Of a stretch of 64,000 nt of DNA, positions 49,253 to 62,791 are shown piece after piece (within the stretch, counting starts at the first letter, position 1; each line of letters opens with the position of its first letter). Origin of the DNA: Camelus ferus (taxonomy: Eukaryota); the NCBI RefSeq assembly GCF_009834535.1, contig NC_045697.1, positions 88,972,001 through 89,036,000 on the forward strand, written 5' to 3'. A program made the position numbers and the translations under genes. The notes below the pieces were generated by a model. It searched no databases and had not been told where the DNA came from. It saw only the letters and a list, made by a program, of their open reading frames with translations.

Positions 49253-51359
49253 GTAAGTGTAGTCTTGGCTTTAAGGAGACAACATCTATTTTTGTCTTTG
49301 CCTCTACTGGTTTTTGCAACACTTCATTCATAGTCCGTTGCATTTATTGATTCCCACTTCTACAACTAGAATTCATGATTGAAGGTAAAGAAACTAAATA
49401 TTTTCCTTATCCACATTGCATCTTCCCATATAAAAATGTATTTCCTAGCAACATGCTGATGTATTGAAAAATATTTTAATGGATAGTTTCTACATATTTA
49501 TACTGAAAGTTTAGAATATGTTTTAAAATATGACTTTTCCTGGATGATCTACATATATTTATACTTTGGAATTTAATCATCCATTAACAAGTGTATTTTA
49601 AATCTATTCATTATAAATAGTTACCTTAAAGTCTACACTATTAGGGACTGTGAAGAGAATGAGTTCTACGTGACTCCAGGGTCCAGACTTCGAATCACTG
49701 TGACATATGTCACTGGATTCAATAAGAGCCAATAGCAAGTTAAAGGAGCTGGTCCGGAGGACATCTGAGAACTCTGTACATGAGGGGAATGCTTAATAGC
49801 CCAGGGCAGCTGTGGCATGAAATTACATAGAAGTATATACCTCCCACTGCTCAATGCCCAGCATCTAATACGGAGTTCAGATCTCCTCTAGAACTTGAAC
49901 GGATTGCCAATAATAGTTCTGGGCATCCGGAGACAATAATCTGACACAGATGCTGATGTTCTCTTAAGAGACATTGCTAGCAATATTAACGTGGAAGTGT
50001 CTTTGTTTTGTGGGCAGTAGTTGTAAAATTGGTACAAGGAGAGGAAAAACAAAATGAGTGCTTTGTGCTGACTGTGACTAAGCTGCCCTTTGAGGATGCC
50101 CTTGGTGGAAATTCTTTATATGAAGCCTTCGTAGATGAGCATACAATGAATACTCTATCAAGATCAAGTGGATCCAGTGATATAAGTGGATTATTTATAT
50201 CAATGTAAGTTTATTTGTTTCCACATATTAGGAAGATCCAGTAGACACATACAACCCACTTCCATGTGAATATGAAATGATGTCCCATATATAACCAATT
50301 TTTAAGTAAACTAGCAAATATATTATTTTTGCCCACTGCATATGTATAATCTACATAATATAAATCTCTTTTCAATTTATCTAAGATCTTGCCAGAGAAT
50401 TCAGTATTGAATTGGCTATATATCGGCTTCTGTCACAAGCTTGACTGATTCAATATTCAGAAACAACTTAAGTCAACCCCTTTCTAAACTAACCTTCTTC
50501 TATAACATCACCCCCACAGGAGCAGCATCTGGTCTGGACTATCCACCACTCCCCTATCCTCAGTACATAGAACAAAACTAAGTATAAGAATTAATTGAAC
50601 ACCTTTGGATGAATGAATTTCCTCTGACCTTAGATGGTCCATGCTTTATTTCAGTACAAAGGGAGATGTGCCTTGTGTCTAAACATTTTTCGTGCCTCTC
50701 TCACAAGATCCTGTCCTCCCTCCTGACATAGCTATCTACTCCTGTCATCATACTCAATCTACATCTCCAAAACCTCAATTTCCAACATCTGCTTTCCATA
50801 TATCATCTCTCAATCTTCAAATGTGCTTTTCCCAATAATTTGTAGACTTGGTAAAGAGGTCCCAATCCATTTTCCCACCATCTTTCCCTGTCCATCATGA
50901 CCCTCATGTCTTTACTCTCTTTCTACAACTGTTTCATAGCATCTTCCTCTGCTCTCTGGCCCCTTTCCCTTTGCAAAACTCCAACCCCCCTTAAATTCAC
51001 AACTTATTCAAGCTTTTGAATGTTCTGGGAATAAAAAGACATGTGATAATGCTAATTGGATATCTATATTTTTTACCACTCTTGGAAGCAGTATGTTTTC
51101 CCTATTCCTGTTGTTTCTTTACAAATGAGTATAACTCAGCCTAATTCCAGATCTCACTGATTGCCTTATAGGAATTGAATAAAATAAAATGTCATTATTT
51201 CAAATTAGATTCTAAGAGGAGAAAGAAGAGGGGAGGAAACAGAAGTTGCTAGCTAATTCCACCATTTATCATAGAAAAATTTTTAAAAGGTCAATATCCA
51301 CCCCCTCCCCAAAAAGGCTGCCTAGGGATCTTATATAAAGGTATTAGAATAATTGTAAC

Positions 51360-51783
51360 TGTGTTAGATTGCAGAAATGACTTTCCATTCTTCATTCCTC
51401 TCATTTGCCCTCCACTATGTTTCTGGGCTTTGCCATATTATTTCCTTTGGCACATGAGAAGTTAACAGATACAACCCAGAGTTTTGAAAAGAGGTACTTG
51501 CCTGCTGTTTCTTAGGCTCTTGCAACTCTGCCTTTGTCATAAGAAGTCTGGCGTTGCCTGATGGAGGAATTAAGATACAGGGGGAACAGAACTAAATTAT
51601 CCCAGCCAGGAGCCAGCATAGCCCCAGATGTGCAAGCAAATCTAGCTTAAACCAGAGGAACCACCCAGCTGAAATTACTGACCCACACACTCATGAACTA
51701 GGTTGATGCTTATTGATTTAAACATTGATTTTGGGGTGATTTTTTTTAATCCAGTGTAACAGTGGAAATACAGCCAATCCTGT
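51360..51783 (+). mobile_element. MaLR solo LTR (MLT1H-like)
   Basis: 'tgtgttagattgcagaaatgac...tttggcacatgagaagttaacagat...gatgcttattgatttaaacattgattttggggtg'. Confidence 0.7.
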
Positions 51784-51919
51784 AGCCATGTAAAAAATGA
51801 AAGCCTTTATAAATGCCAAAGGGTACACTGATACACACACAGAGAGAGAAAGAGAACATATAAAACCAACTATATAATGAAAATCGATGTGGGTGTGTAT
51901 AACATAAAATAACATGAAA

Positions 51920-52295
51920 GAATAGAGACCAATGTTATTATTCATGTTGACAGTTGTGTAGCAGCTTAAATTACCTTTTGATAGGAAAAAAAAAGAATTT
52001 AAAATTGTCTGACAAAGCAAAATTCAATTCTCTGTGCTATATTCACAAGACAGATCTGAAATAAATGTTCTGAACAGGTGAAAATTAAAGAATGAGCAGT
52101 TATATAAGATAAACGCAAATAACAAGAAAGCAGATTGATATGTGACAGGCAGAATTTAGACCAAAAAACATTAAAAGAAGAACACAAAAGGACACTTTAT
52201 AAGGCCAGAGAGTAAAATTCAGAATGAGGATATAGCATATATTAATATGTGTGCACCAATAATTCAGCAATACTTTTCATACAAGCCAAATTAAA
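51920..52295 (+). mobile_element. Ancient LINE-1 ORF2 endonuclease-region fragment
   Basis: 'agaatttagaccaaaaaacattaaaag...aggacactttata...attaatatgtgtgcaccaataa'. Confidence 0.7.
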
Positions 52296-52649
52296 TTTGT
52301 GAGAATACAGTAAGTAAATCAGTCCTAATCATAATTCTTTAGAAAAAACTGTTTGAAAAAGGACACTACTGAAAAACAGCTAACTCAATTAAAATGTGGT
52401 GGTAGTGAGGGAATTGAGGTGGGGATGTGAGCAAAGCACAATGTTAGAAATAACAAGGGCGAATTTATCATCAAAACAAAGGCAATTGTAAAAATAATTA
52501 TTAAGAGACTTGCTTTATATAACTTGATGCAAGTTAATTTGGAAAAAAAATGAAAACCCAGATAATTTTCTCTCTCTACCAAAGGGTTGCTGGGGAAAGG
52601 GTGGGGAAGATGGGCTACACAGATCAATTCCCCTTGAAAAGAGTGGGTG

Positions 52650-53300
52650 TTTGTTTATTTTAATTGTTGACTGAAGTGTTCTTTGTAGGTCAGTGGGGTC
52701 AAACTGGTTAATAGTTATTCAAATCTCCTACAAGTTTTTAAGATCTTCAAATAAGATTTTGGACACTTTTACTTCTCCCTTAAATCTGTCATATTTACTA
52801 TTTATATTTTAAAGCTCTGTTATTGTATGCATGCTGATTTTGGATTCTTGTAACTTTCTATAGAATTAGTTCTTTTATCATTTTGAAATGTCTTTTTCTC
52901 TAGTAGTGCCCCTTGTCTCCTTTGACTAATATTAATAAACTTGTAATAGCTATCTTTTGGTTTGTGTATGCATAGTATTTATATTTTCATCCTTTTGATC
53001 CTTTCTGTATCTTTATATTTCAAGTGTATCTCTAGTAAACAACATCTAATTTGGCTTTGGTGTCTTTATTCAGTTAGACAAATGTGGCCTTTTAACAGGA
53101 TTTTAGTCAGTTTATATGTATCACAACTATTTTGTGTTTAATGAATATATTGCTATTTATCTCATGTATTCTTCATTTCTTTTTTTTCATGCATTTTTAG
53201 ATTACTTAAGTTTTAAAAATTCTATTTTGGGTTTTTAGTTATACATTCTTATACAATTCTTTCAGTATTTCTCTAAAAATGGCAATGTACCTTCCTGATT
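52650..53300 (-). mobile_element. Ancient LINE-1 ORF2 endonuclease-region fragment
   Basis: 'tattttaaagctctgttattgtatgcat...tcttttatcattttgaaatgtc...tttcatccttttg...tgtatctctagtaaacaacat'. Confidence 0.75.
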
Positions 53301-53429
53301 TCTTTTTTAAAATATTATTTTCATTTTACTCATGGAAAAGACAGCAAGTGTGGTCTCTTGTATTCAACGTGAGTTTCAGGCAGGAAAAAGAGAAAGGATC
53401 ACACCAACCTCTAGTCTCTTTTTATTTTG

Positions 53430-54030
53430 GGGGGAATTTTATTGAGGGATATTAGTATAATAAATGACACCTATTTAAGTGTGCAGTTTGATAAGTTATT
53501 ACATATGGATCCATGTACCCATGAGACTATTACCACAACTGAGATAACAAGCCTATCTATTGTCCCCAAATTCCCTCCTGCCTCTCTCTAATCCTTTCTT
53601 CTTGCCCATTCACCAATACCCAATCGCTGATCTTCTTTTCATCACTGTGCATGATTTTTCATTTCTAAAATTTCATATAAACAGAAATACACAGTATATA
53701 CTTGTTTTTGTACTAGGTTCTTCATTCTGAATATTTATTTTGAGATAAATCTTAGTTAATCCCTGATTCAGTATTTGTTCCTCTTTATTGCTGAATAGTA
53801 TTTTACTGCATTACATACCACAATTTATTTATCTGATTCACCTGTTGATGGATAATTAGGATTATTTTTCTTAGTTTGAGGCCATTACATGTTAAGCATC
53901 CAGAAGAATTTAGGTACAATTCTTTATATGGAAATGTGCTTTCACTTCTCTTTGGTAAATACTTAGAAATGGAATGGCTAGTCATATACTAGATGCATGT
54001 TTACTGTTTTTACATGAAGTTCCAAAGTAT
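53430..54030 (-). mobile_element. L1MB/L1MC-type 3' end
   Basis: 'ttttattgagggata...tttaagtgtgcagtttgat...ttattgctgaatagtatt...ttcacctgttgatgga...ggtaaatacttagaaatggaatggctagtcata'. Confidence 0.85.
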
Positions 54031-54039
54031 GCAAAAACT

Positions 54040-54312
54040 ATGACAGAGATTGTCATAACAAAGTTCCACAAACATTTTTTTCTCACGATTCTGGAGGCTG
54101 GAAGTTCAGCAGGGTTGTTTTTTCCTGAGGTCTCTTCTTGGTCTGTGGATGGCCTTCTCCCTGTGTTTTCATCTACGTCCAAATTTCCTCTTGTTATAAG
54201 GACACCAGTTATATTGGATTAGGGCCCACTCTCCAAATACAGTCACTGTATTCTGAAGTGCTGGTGGTTATGACTCTTAAGGATGTGGAGGGAACACAAT
54301 TCAGCCCATAAG
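54040..54312 (-). mobile_element. MaLR LTR (MLT1A/B-like)
   Basis: 'tctcacgattctggaggctggaag...ttataaggacaccagttatattggattagggcccac...acacaattcagcccataa'. Confidence 0.85.
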
Positions 54313-55164
54313 AGTGGTATTTGTCAATGAATGCCATTTAAGCTCAATATAATATAGTTATACTGGGCTAACTGCTGGAACCATCAGATCATCCGTAAAT
54401 GGCAGGGCCCTTTCAAGGTTTGATGATTAACACAGGGTCCTGTGGGCAGTATCTGGGAAGTCCCACGTGCTTCTGTGGTTGAGAGGCTGAAGCTCTGACA
54501 GCTCAAGACCCCTGGACTGCTCGGACAGATTATTCTCCCCTCAGTCCTTCAAGTAAATCTAAATCCCTCTTCAAGGATTAGTACACACACACGTACTTTC
54601 TACAAAAGCAGCTGGTCCTTTGGGGACAGTGATAAGACATAGCCACTATAGGTAAGAGGAGAGGGTCCACTGTATTAAAAATGCGTTAGGCTGAAAAATG
54701 AAGTGGAAGCTCTTCAGCTGTTCCTCAGTGGAGGACTGTGCTCACTCATGGGAAGAGGAAAGTTGCCCTTTGAAGGAATATACCCTGAATGCCTTTAACT
54801 TGAATTCACTCATTTCTGCCCTGGAGTATCACTGCATTTGGGCTGTGCATTAATGGCATTTCGAAGTGTCAAATATGAAGGTTTCGTGACCTCAACCTCA
54901 AATTCTGATATTTGAGATCTAGGATGGGAGAGGATGAGTTTGGAGGGTGTAGGAAAGTCATAGAGAGCTTTTCAGGAGGGATTTGTGGCCATTTATGGTG
55001 GAAGATGAGATTAAGATAATCCAAGAAGTTGGTGCTTTACCCCAGGATTTTTCCCACCCAAGCTCGAGTTTGGGCTGCAGAAAGCCACATACGTGCTAGT
55101 CTAAGATCAGGTGCTTTGGGGGCAAGCATGGAGCCTGTAGGTTATGTGTTTCTATGTTCAAAAT

Positions 55165-55295
55165 ATTTGTTGTTGTTGAGATGTAGTTGATGTACAATAT
55201 TGTATAGGTTTCAGCTGTGCAACGCGGTGATTCACGATTTTTGAATGTTACACTCCATTTATAGTTATTGTAGGATGTTGGTAGGCTATACTCCC
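55165..55295 (-). mobile_element. Short LINE-1 3' end
   Basis: 'ttgagatgtagttgatgtacaatattgtataggtttcagctgtgcaacgcggtgattcac...actccatttatagttatt'. Confidence 0.8.
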
Positions 55296-55309
55296 TCCAC
55301 AAAAAAACT

Positions 55310-55855
55310 ATGACAGAAATGAGAAGAACAGTTAATCTGGGGTAGATTAATGGAAAAGAAGTACAAAGAGCCTGCTTGGATACTGGAAGTGTTTATATCT
55401 TGATCTGGATGGTGTTTAAATGATAAATTCTTGTATAAAATTCACCAATCTGTATATTTAAGATTTGTGCACCTTATTATAAGTTATACTTTGGTTAAAA
55501 ACAGTAATAATAATTTTAAAAATCTGCCAAAACCTTTATGAGATGTTGGAGGAAATTAGAACACACACAGGGTATTTAATGGTCTTAATGAATAACCAAT
55601 AATCATTGAGATGTATTAAGAGTATTTGTGGTTTTGTATAAAGTATCCACATCTTTTAGAGATGCATATTGAAGTGCTTACTGATGAAAAGATATAATCC
55701 CTGAAATCCATTTAAAATAAACCAAGGGTGTTGGTATAACTCAAAGAAGATTGGTTATATTTGATAATTGTTGAATCTGGATGGTAAGCACATTGGATTA
55801 ATTATATAATTCTTTCTACTTATGTCTATACACATTTTCAGTAATAAAAGTTTGT
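55310..55855 (+). mobile_element. Two adjacent L1MC/L1ME-type 3' end fragments
   Basis: 'ttatatcttgatctggatggtg...gtatatttaagatttgtgcac' and 'ttttagagatgcatattgaagt...ttgataattgttgaatctggatgg...ttttcagtaataaaag'. Confidence 0.7.
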
Positions 55856-58800
55856 TTTTTAAGGAACTGTTTAGTTCAGATTTCCATGCTCAGAATAATA
55901 ACTTCTGGGCTTTTTCCCAAAATGGATTGGTGCAATCCCTCCACCCTCCATACTGTGCCTCTCTCGTTAACAGTGGTAACAGTTGTCATTTATGGGCTCA
56001 GCAATCACCGGGCTCTGATATTAATGTTATATATATATGATAGAGAGATAAAGTTTAAATTAATAAATAAATGAATTAAATTCTTGTCTATCTCTTTTTC
56101 ATCAGCTAAAAAAAAAAGTCAACCTTTACTTTTTAAGAAAAATTTCTGAACCTTATGAGGGTTGAAATAATGGGATTGGGAGCACTGAAAGCATCCAGAA
56201 ACTATTTGATTGATTTAATTGTTAAAGGTCAGAGCTTATCCCCGGAAAAGATTGGAAAGGGTGAGAGAGAAAGGTAGGGAAAACTAGAGCCAGTAGCAGC
56301 CAGTGGACTGGAGGCAGAGAATTGTAGAGTCTGAAGAGAAGACAGGACTTGGGGCCAACCAACCTGCCGGGTTATGTGAGAGGCACTGGGGAATATCTTT
56401 CGAAAATAATTTAGTCCTATGTTGTGAATGAAACCTCTCTCTAGCTTTGTTTTGCCCTGCAGTAGATTTTAAAATCTGTTTTAGAAAAAGAAAAAAAAAA
56501 GTGTTGATTAGCTACCTAATGTATTTATTGCTTTACATCTCCAAACAAGTATATTAACATCTCAGAAGTCCTGATACAAAACAACACTCAGTTTTTTTAA
56601 ACCAGAAATTCCAGAATTATTTGGCCACCACTCCCTACACACACATACTCACTTTTTGGCCCCTATATCATCTTCTAAGTCTAGCATTTGGAACACTGTT
56701 TGGAAGTGTTTGCTCAGATTTACAATCCAATTCATGTGAGCTTTGGTTCAAAAACCTCCCTTAGCTTGCTGCCAGGACTCTGCCTGCCCTTCCCTCCTGA
56801 TCTGCAGCTCAGCCTGTGACTGTCCAAGTTCTGCTTATAAAGCAATCTTTTCTCTGATATTTTTAACAGTCATATTGTCTAATATCTTATCTTACTTCTG
56901 TGTTTTTATTTTGTATCAGTACCTATTCCAATTAAATTATCTTTCTGATAAGTTCCAATTCTGAAATCCTATGTTTTATTGATTTTGTGGAAAAGTGTTT
57001 CTTCACAGGAGAAAAATGACGCTGGAGGAGAAAGCTCCCTGGGAATATTTCTAAGGGAGAATTGAAAATCTTAAAACTTTCCTTTTATAGAACAAAAAAT
57101 ATGCTACTACAATAGATTTATAACTCAAGTAATTGTGGGTGTGCCCTACCCTAGATCACCTTCGGAAATTATTTTTTAAATAGCACTAAGAAAGCTCTTA
57201 CTATGTCATTCAAGAAGCTGGAATAACACTTTGGGGACTTGATGGCCTCAGCTCAAACACACAGATGCCTTGGTCACAAACAATATTTGGTGTTGACGAT
57301 CCACTGGTCCCAGGAAAGATGCTAACCCTTTCATAGTTTCAGGGTGATTGTTGTTTGGCAAGCTGAACTGACCTGAGTATTTCAATTAGGTCTTTTTTTC
57401 ACAAGACTCCCGGGAAAGATTTAATAATAGGAAAAATGTAGAGAGTGAACATATTTGATTAAGTTGGAAAAGGCCAGCAAAATGCCTCTAAAGAATTCCT
57501 TAACACACACAAAAAAAGAAGAAAAACATTTTAGTACCACAGAATTGACCCATTCATTTAGACTATATTTGCTGCCTTGTATTAGTATTTATATTTTTAT
57601 ACATGATTTTGCACTTTCCTAACTAAACTGTAATAGCCTGAGAACAGGAACTATATTTGATATGGCTTTGCATCCACCAAATTGTCCAAAGCAGGTGTGC
57701 AGTAACCTTGGAAACACACAGTTAATGACTGGAAGAAGGAAGATGAGTTTCAAAAGTTAAGAGAAATCAACTGTGTACCTAATGTCCAGGGAATAATAAG
57801 ACAGATATTAGGCAAAAGGTGCACTAAGAAGAATATGATTAAGAGCCTAAAAGACAGGAAAGTGACTGAAAAGCATTAAAAGAGAGACTTTGGGCTTGAA
57901 CAAAAGAGGAACAATATGGTAACATCAGTAAAAGTAGTTTAACTAGAGCTTGGGAAATACAAAATACATGTTCATGTTTGAGATCAGGGTGATATGACAG
58001 GGAGAAAATAGATGATTATTCAAAAACATCAGAAAAAAGACAAAAACACAATAAGGAACAAAAAAATGAGATTACTGAATAGGCCATTGAGATACTGAGT
58101 ATGTCAGAACCTGAATACTTGATGCCATTTAGAATAAAAGTGGAAGAAACTTATGAGAAGAATCTGAAGTTATACAAGAACACTTTTGATCACTGGAGAT
58201 AATAATAAATGAATATAAAATAATGATAAAATTCATAATGTCTTGAAGTTTAAATTCAGTGGTAGATAGTCTGTCTTTCTCTGAGACTTTAAAAGGAGAA
58301 ACATGTAGTTATTAATTGGAATAGAAATTTGAGTTTCTTGGTCATTACAACAAACTTCAATCTAAAAATATCATTGACAATCACATTGCATTTTGAGGTA
58401 ATCAAAACCAGCCATTCCCACAAAATTCCTTCTCCATTATCCCATTATATAATTGAATTTTTCCTTAACTTAGCTTGAAATTCTTAACATTAGAGTCATC
58501 TCTTCAAATTAGACAAGAAAAATAGAGCAATATTTTTGAAGGCATAATTTACAAAGCATAAAATTTACAAGGGTACAATGCTGTTTCTGAATTTCCTCCA
58601 AATGTATTTATGCAAGACATCATTTATTTTATTTGCCAATATCTAGATATTAAACTCTTCTTTTTCCATAAATAACTTATTTTGACTAAAGTGGATGTTG
58701 AAATCCAGAATGAAAATAGAATGGGAAAAGATGAGAACTGAGCTATTGATAGATTAATCTTAGTTAAACTGGAGATACCATTAGAACTGAATAGAAGGCT

Positions 58801-61021
58801 TAGAATAGGGAGGTGATCTGTAAGGAAATAAAAAACAACTGAATATAAGATTATGGCACGAATAGAAGGAATCCATATTGGATTTAGCAAAAATTATATT
58901 GACAGTCTTTTATATATCAACAGTTTAATTTTTCACTGATATGGCAGTCTACTTCCTGGGAATGATGGTGGGAGACATTTTCCTAGCCCATCGAACAGGA
59001 GAACTTTGGTGACACCACATTTCTGCACTCAATCTGAAGGAAATGTCCAACTGCCCTTCTCTCTTCTAGAATGACATATTTGTGCCTGGACAGGGCTAGC
59101 AATTCTATAAGGAATTTTAGGAATGAATGTGAGAGGATAGAAAAGGAAGAAAATAAAATAATGATTTTGGAAAATACACAGAATTCCATATTCTAGTATC
59201 ATTTATATTTTTAATACTTATATTAGAAATTTCTTCTTACATAATATTTTTTCATTCTAATAGAAGTAACTTGCTATGCTCACTACCTGAGCTATTAAAA
59301 AGAACTTTGATTAGTTATTTCTCTATTATAAATTAATGAAATCATGAATATTTCCCATTAAAATGCAACATTTTGGAGAGACATTTGCTGGATACATTGA
59401 TTGATTAGTCTTTGGATAATTTCACGGAATTAGTCCTTGAATATTTTACAGCAGTCAGAATAAAGGAATTTAATTACTCAGAAGTTTGTTTCTTATAATT
59501 AAATACAGGACATTCAAAAAAGATTAATAAATATTAACAATTTTGAATTTTTATTTTTCATTGCCAAGATTTAAAACTCTGTTCTTAAATTATTAGCATT
59601 GGATGTTAATTAACTATAACCCTTAGAATATTAAGAAAACTATTATCAGTAAGCAGCTCATTTTAAATAATTATTGCAAAAAGATAAGGTATTTAGCTAT
59701 AACGTGGTATTTGCCAAACTTTAAATTATATTATATACAGGCACATGTCTTTTAAAAATTCTAATGTGTAGTACTTGCATTTGAAATGTATCACTTGATC
59801 TGAAGATTAACATTTCATCCAACTTTAGTGAAACAGAGACTTGGAAAACAGACGTGAATGTAGCAGCAGGTTTCTTGTTTTCCTCTGCTCTGTCCTCTAG
59901 ATTCACTGTGGGCTGTAGGCTCAGGCCCAGCCCCTTTACCTTCCACCCCATCAATTGCACCTCTTCCCACAGCCCTGGTACAATGGGGCAACATCTTTAG
60001 TTTAAATCCACTCTTGGTATGCTGTCCTGGGTGTTCAACTAGCCAGTGGATACCTCAGTTTTTTAAATGACCACACACACACACACAAAGTCTAAAATTC
60101 AACTGATTATCTCCCTCCTGGCAACACAAAGAAGTCTTGCCATGGCTTAAACTTCAAAAACAACAACAAAAATCCAATAAATATTTATAAAGTCTTGCTA
60201 CTTTGGTGCAATTACTTTGGAAACAACACTTTGCTTAGTGCCCAGTTGTAGGACTTCCTGTGCAAAGAAGGGCACATAGCCATGGCCTGGCAGGAGCTGG
60301 GAAGGAAATGCAAGCCTGCTCCCCAGGGGCTGACGCTGCTTTGGCTGGTCTACCTGGGGGAAAGGAAGGAGCACCACAGTATTCAGGAAAATATTACAAC
60401 CACAATTTTATTTTTATTTAACAGAATGGCAACCAAATATATAAAAAGTTGCTAAAGGCACTGTTTCCATGGTAAGAAAAAAAATGTATATAAATAATTT
60501 CTCCATGGAAGGAGATTCTAAATAAGCAGCTCAAAATTAACAAAATACTGTGTTTCTATTTTCATAGTATTTCATGTCAGTAAAGTCTCAGGCTGTCACG
60601 ATTGGGGATTACCTACTTTTAAAATTGTCATTTAATAGCAAAGAAATGCCTTTTGTGGGTTCTTGGTTTTAGGAAGAGATCTTATAACCAGTCCTTCTCC
60701 AGAAACACCCTCAGGTCCAGAGCTATGTAAATGTTCTAACAGAATTTCCTTTCAAAAATAGAGATACAAATACTTAAAGCTTATTCCAAACATAGACACA
60801 CAGATAACTAATATAACTGCATATTTTTATCTGATTTGAGGGGGCGTTTTTTCTCCAATGAAGAAGATATAAAAACATGAATTAGTTTTTAAGAAAACTC
60901 AAAATAATTGATTTTCTTGAATTAAAAATCCATATTTTATCCTGCAAATAAACACAAACTCTGCTACCTAATTTCCTAATATTTTCCTTGTCAATCTCAT
61001 GAAATCATTCAAGGACTTGAA

Positions 61022-61187
61022 GATCTTTTTATTCAAAGTGCAGAAATGCTGGCAGTGTGAGAGTCATCTGCGAGCTTATCACAAATGCAGAATCTCAGGT
61101 GCCAACTCAGGGACACTGAAGTACAATTTGCATTTTAACAAGTTCCTCTGGAGATCCAAATGAACATTAAGCATGAGAGGCCATGAT
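61022..61187. mobile_element. MER5A-like hAT MITE
   Basis: 'catctgcgagcttatcacaaatgcagaatctcagg...tttgcattttaacaagttcctctggagatcc...cattaagcatgagaggccatg'. Confidence 0.85.
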
Positions 61188-61407
61188 GTAGTGGTAGCAG
61201 CAAGAAGAAATCTCATTGGGGTAATTAAAAAATCTGATTAGGAAAGTGGATTTTTAAACAAAATTGCTGGATGTAAGTCATTTCTTGGAGATACAGCATT
61301 TAATTTTGGCTTAAGTCTTATAACCTAACTGCCTTCTCAACTTGGCTATACTACCCAGCTTGTAAAATGTTTCCTATATTAATTGGCTTTCTTTTTTTTT
61401 TTTTCAG

Positions 61408-61552
61408 TATATGAGATTGGAAAACCACAAGTTATCTTTCAAGCATTTCTAAACCATATTGTGCTGAAGTATTATGAGATAATAACTGTAAAGGATATCC
61501 AGAATCTTAGATGAGCATGGTTTCCAATTTATCGTTTGTTAGCCTTAATTAG
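61408..61552 (+). pseudogene. Candidate exon with one in-frame TGA (possible decayed coding exon or lncRNA exon)
   Basis: Very strong acceptor (T-tract + cag) and donor (ag|gtaaga); best frame YEIGKPQVIFQAFLNHIVLKYYEIITVKDIQNLR*AWFPIYRLLALI; protein not recognised. Confidence 0.35.
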
Positions 61553-62791
61553 GTAAGACAGTTGCACCACTAGATCGTTGTGGAAGGACACTAACTGGGA
61601 GAGACGTGGGTTATCATCTCCTTTATATTTTTATTATGCTCACTGTGACCCTGGCCCTGCAGCCTCCACTCTGATGAACAGACACAATTCCTCCAAATGA
61701 TGAAATATTATTATTGTCCTTTGTTAACACATTTTTCTAGTCTCAGAAGTGGAGCTATGTATACATGGGTGGGAGACCAAATAAAGATTCACCTCAAACT
61801 CATTCCTAACCTCAAATGCACAGAACTGCAATGTAGTGTAATTTCCCACTCTTTGATCAGTTCTGTGTAATCCCAAGAAAAAAACTGCTTTCTCAGCTTT
61901 GGATATCCTGACTTGAAAATCTCCTTCAGTCTCTTGCCAGTTCTAAACTGGAATACACTTGAGTGTGAGTGACACAAGTGAGAGGTGACTAATCTCTGCC
62001 ACCCATCATTTTGAAGGTAGCAAAATGAACTCACTTTCTCTCTGTCAGTGGAGATGGAAACAATGAGAGAAAGTCATAGAAATATGCATTATTTCACTAT
62101 ATAGTTTGTTAATCATGCTCACCTCTATTTTCTATTTGTAAAGATATTCGATAGCCATTTCGGTTAAGAGTAGTCCCAGTTTTCATTAGTGAGTTTTGCA
62201 GCTGCTTGGAGTTCCTGGCAGGCAACACCGTTTAAGGCTGTGTAAGTCTAAAATGTTTTCCCTAACGTTTGAGTTCATATTGAAAACAGACACACTCTCT
62301 TGAATGTTTAAAGCAGAATTGTTTCTAGCCAAAATTTCAGTGTCAACACAAAATACTGCAGAAGAAATCACATTTTAGTTTTTTCTTTCTTTTTTTTTTT
62401 TTTGAGGATTTCAAAAATCAAGTGAAAAAGAGAGGAAGAAAGAGATGGAGGAAAAAGAAGAAAAGAAAGAAAAGAAAATTCATTACATATTTTAATCCAA
62501 GCTTCATAGATTAATTTTAAGGAAATAATAAAAATCTATTAAGTTTTCCCAAGGAGGTTAATAGAAATCTAACATTTAAAGAGACTTGCTTCTAAGAATG
62601 TGAAATGAACAAAACTTTTACAGAGACAAGTTAATCCTTAAGTATCATAATTCACTCTCTAGTTTCTAAGTGATTAATAGAAGAATATAATTTCAATGAT
62701 TTTCTTCACAGAAAAATGGAGTGGACTAACTATCAAGAACAGTAGAAGAAATTGATCTTAAAACTACCTTGCTACTGCCTGGGTCATTGTA

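Noticed and set aside
49122..49343. 73-aa minus-strand ORF starting at ATG
   Set aside because: No recognisable homology; ends in a low-complexity A/T tract; splice signals favour the + strand
51920..53300. Twin-primed L1 inversion
   Set aside because: The + and - fragments cover the same endonuclease region and are very diverged, consistent with independent insertions
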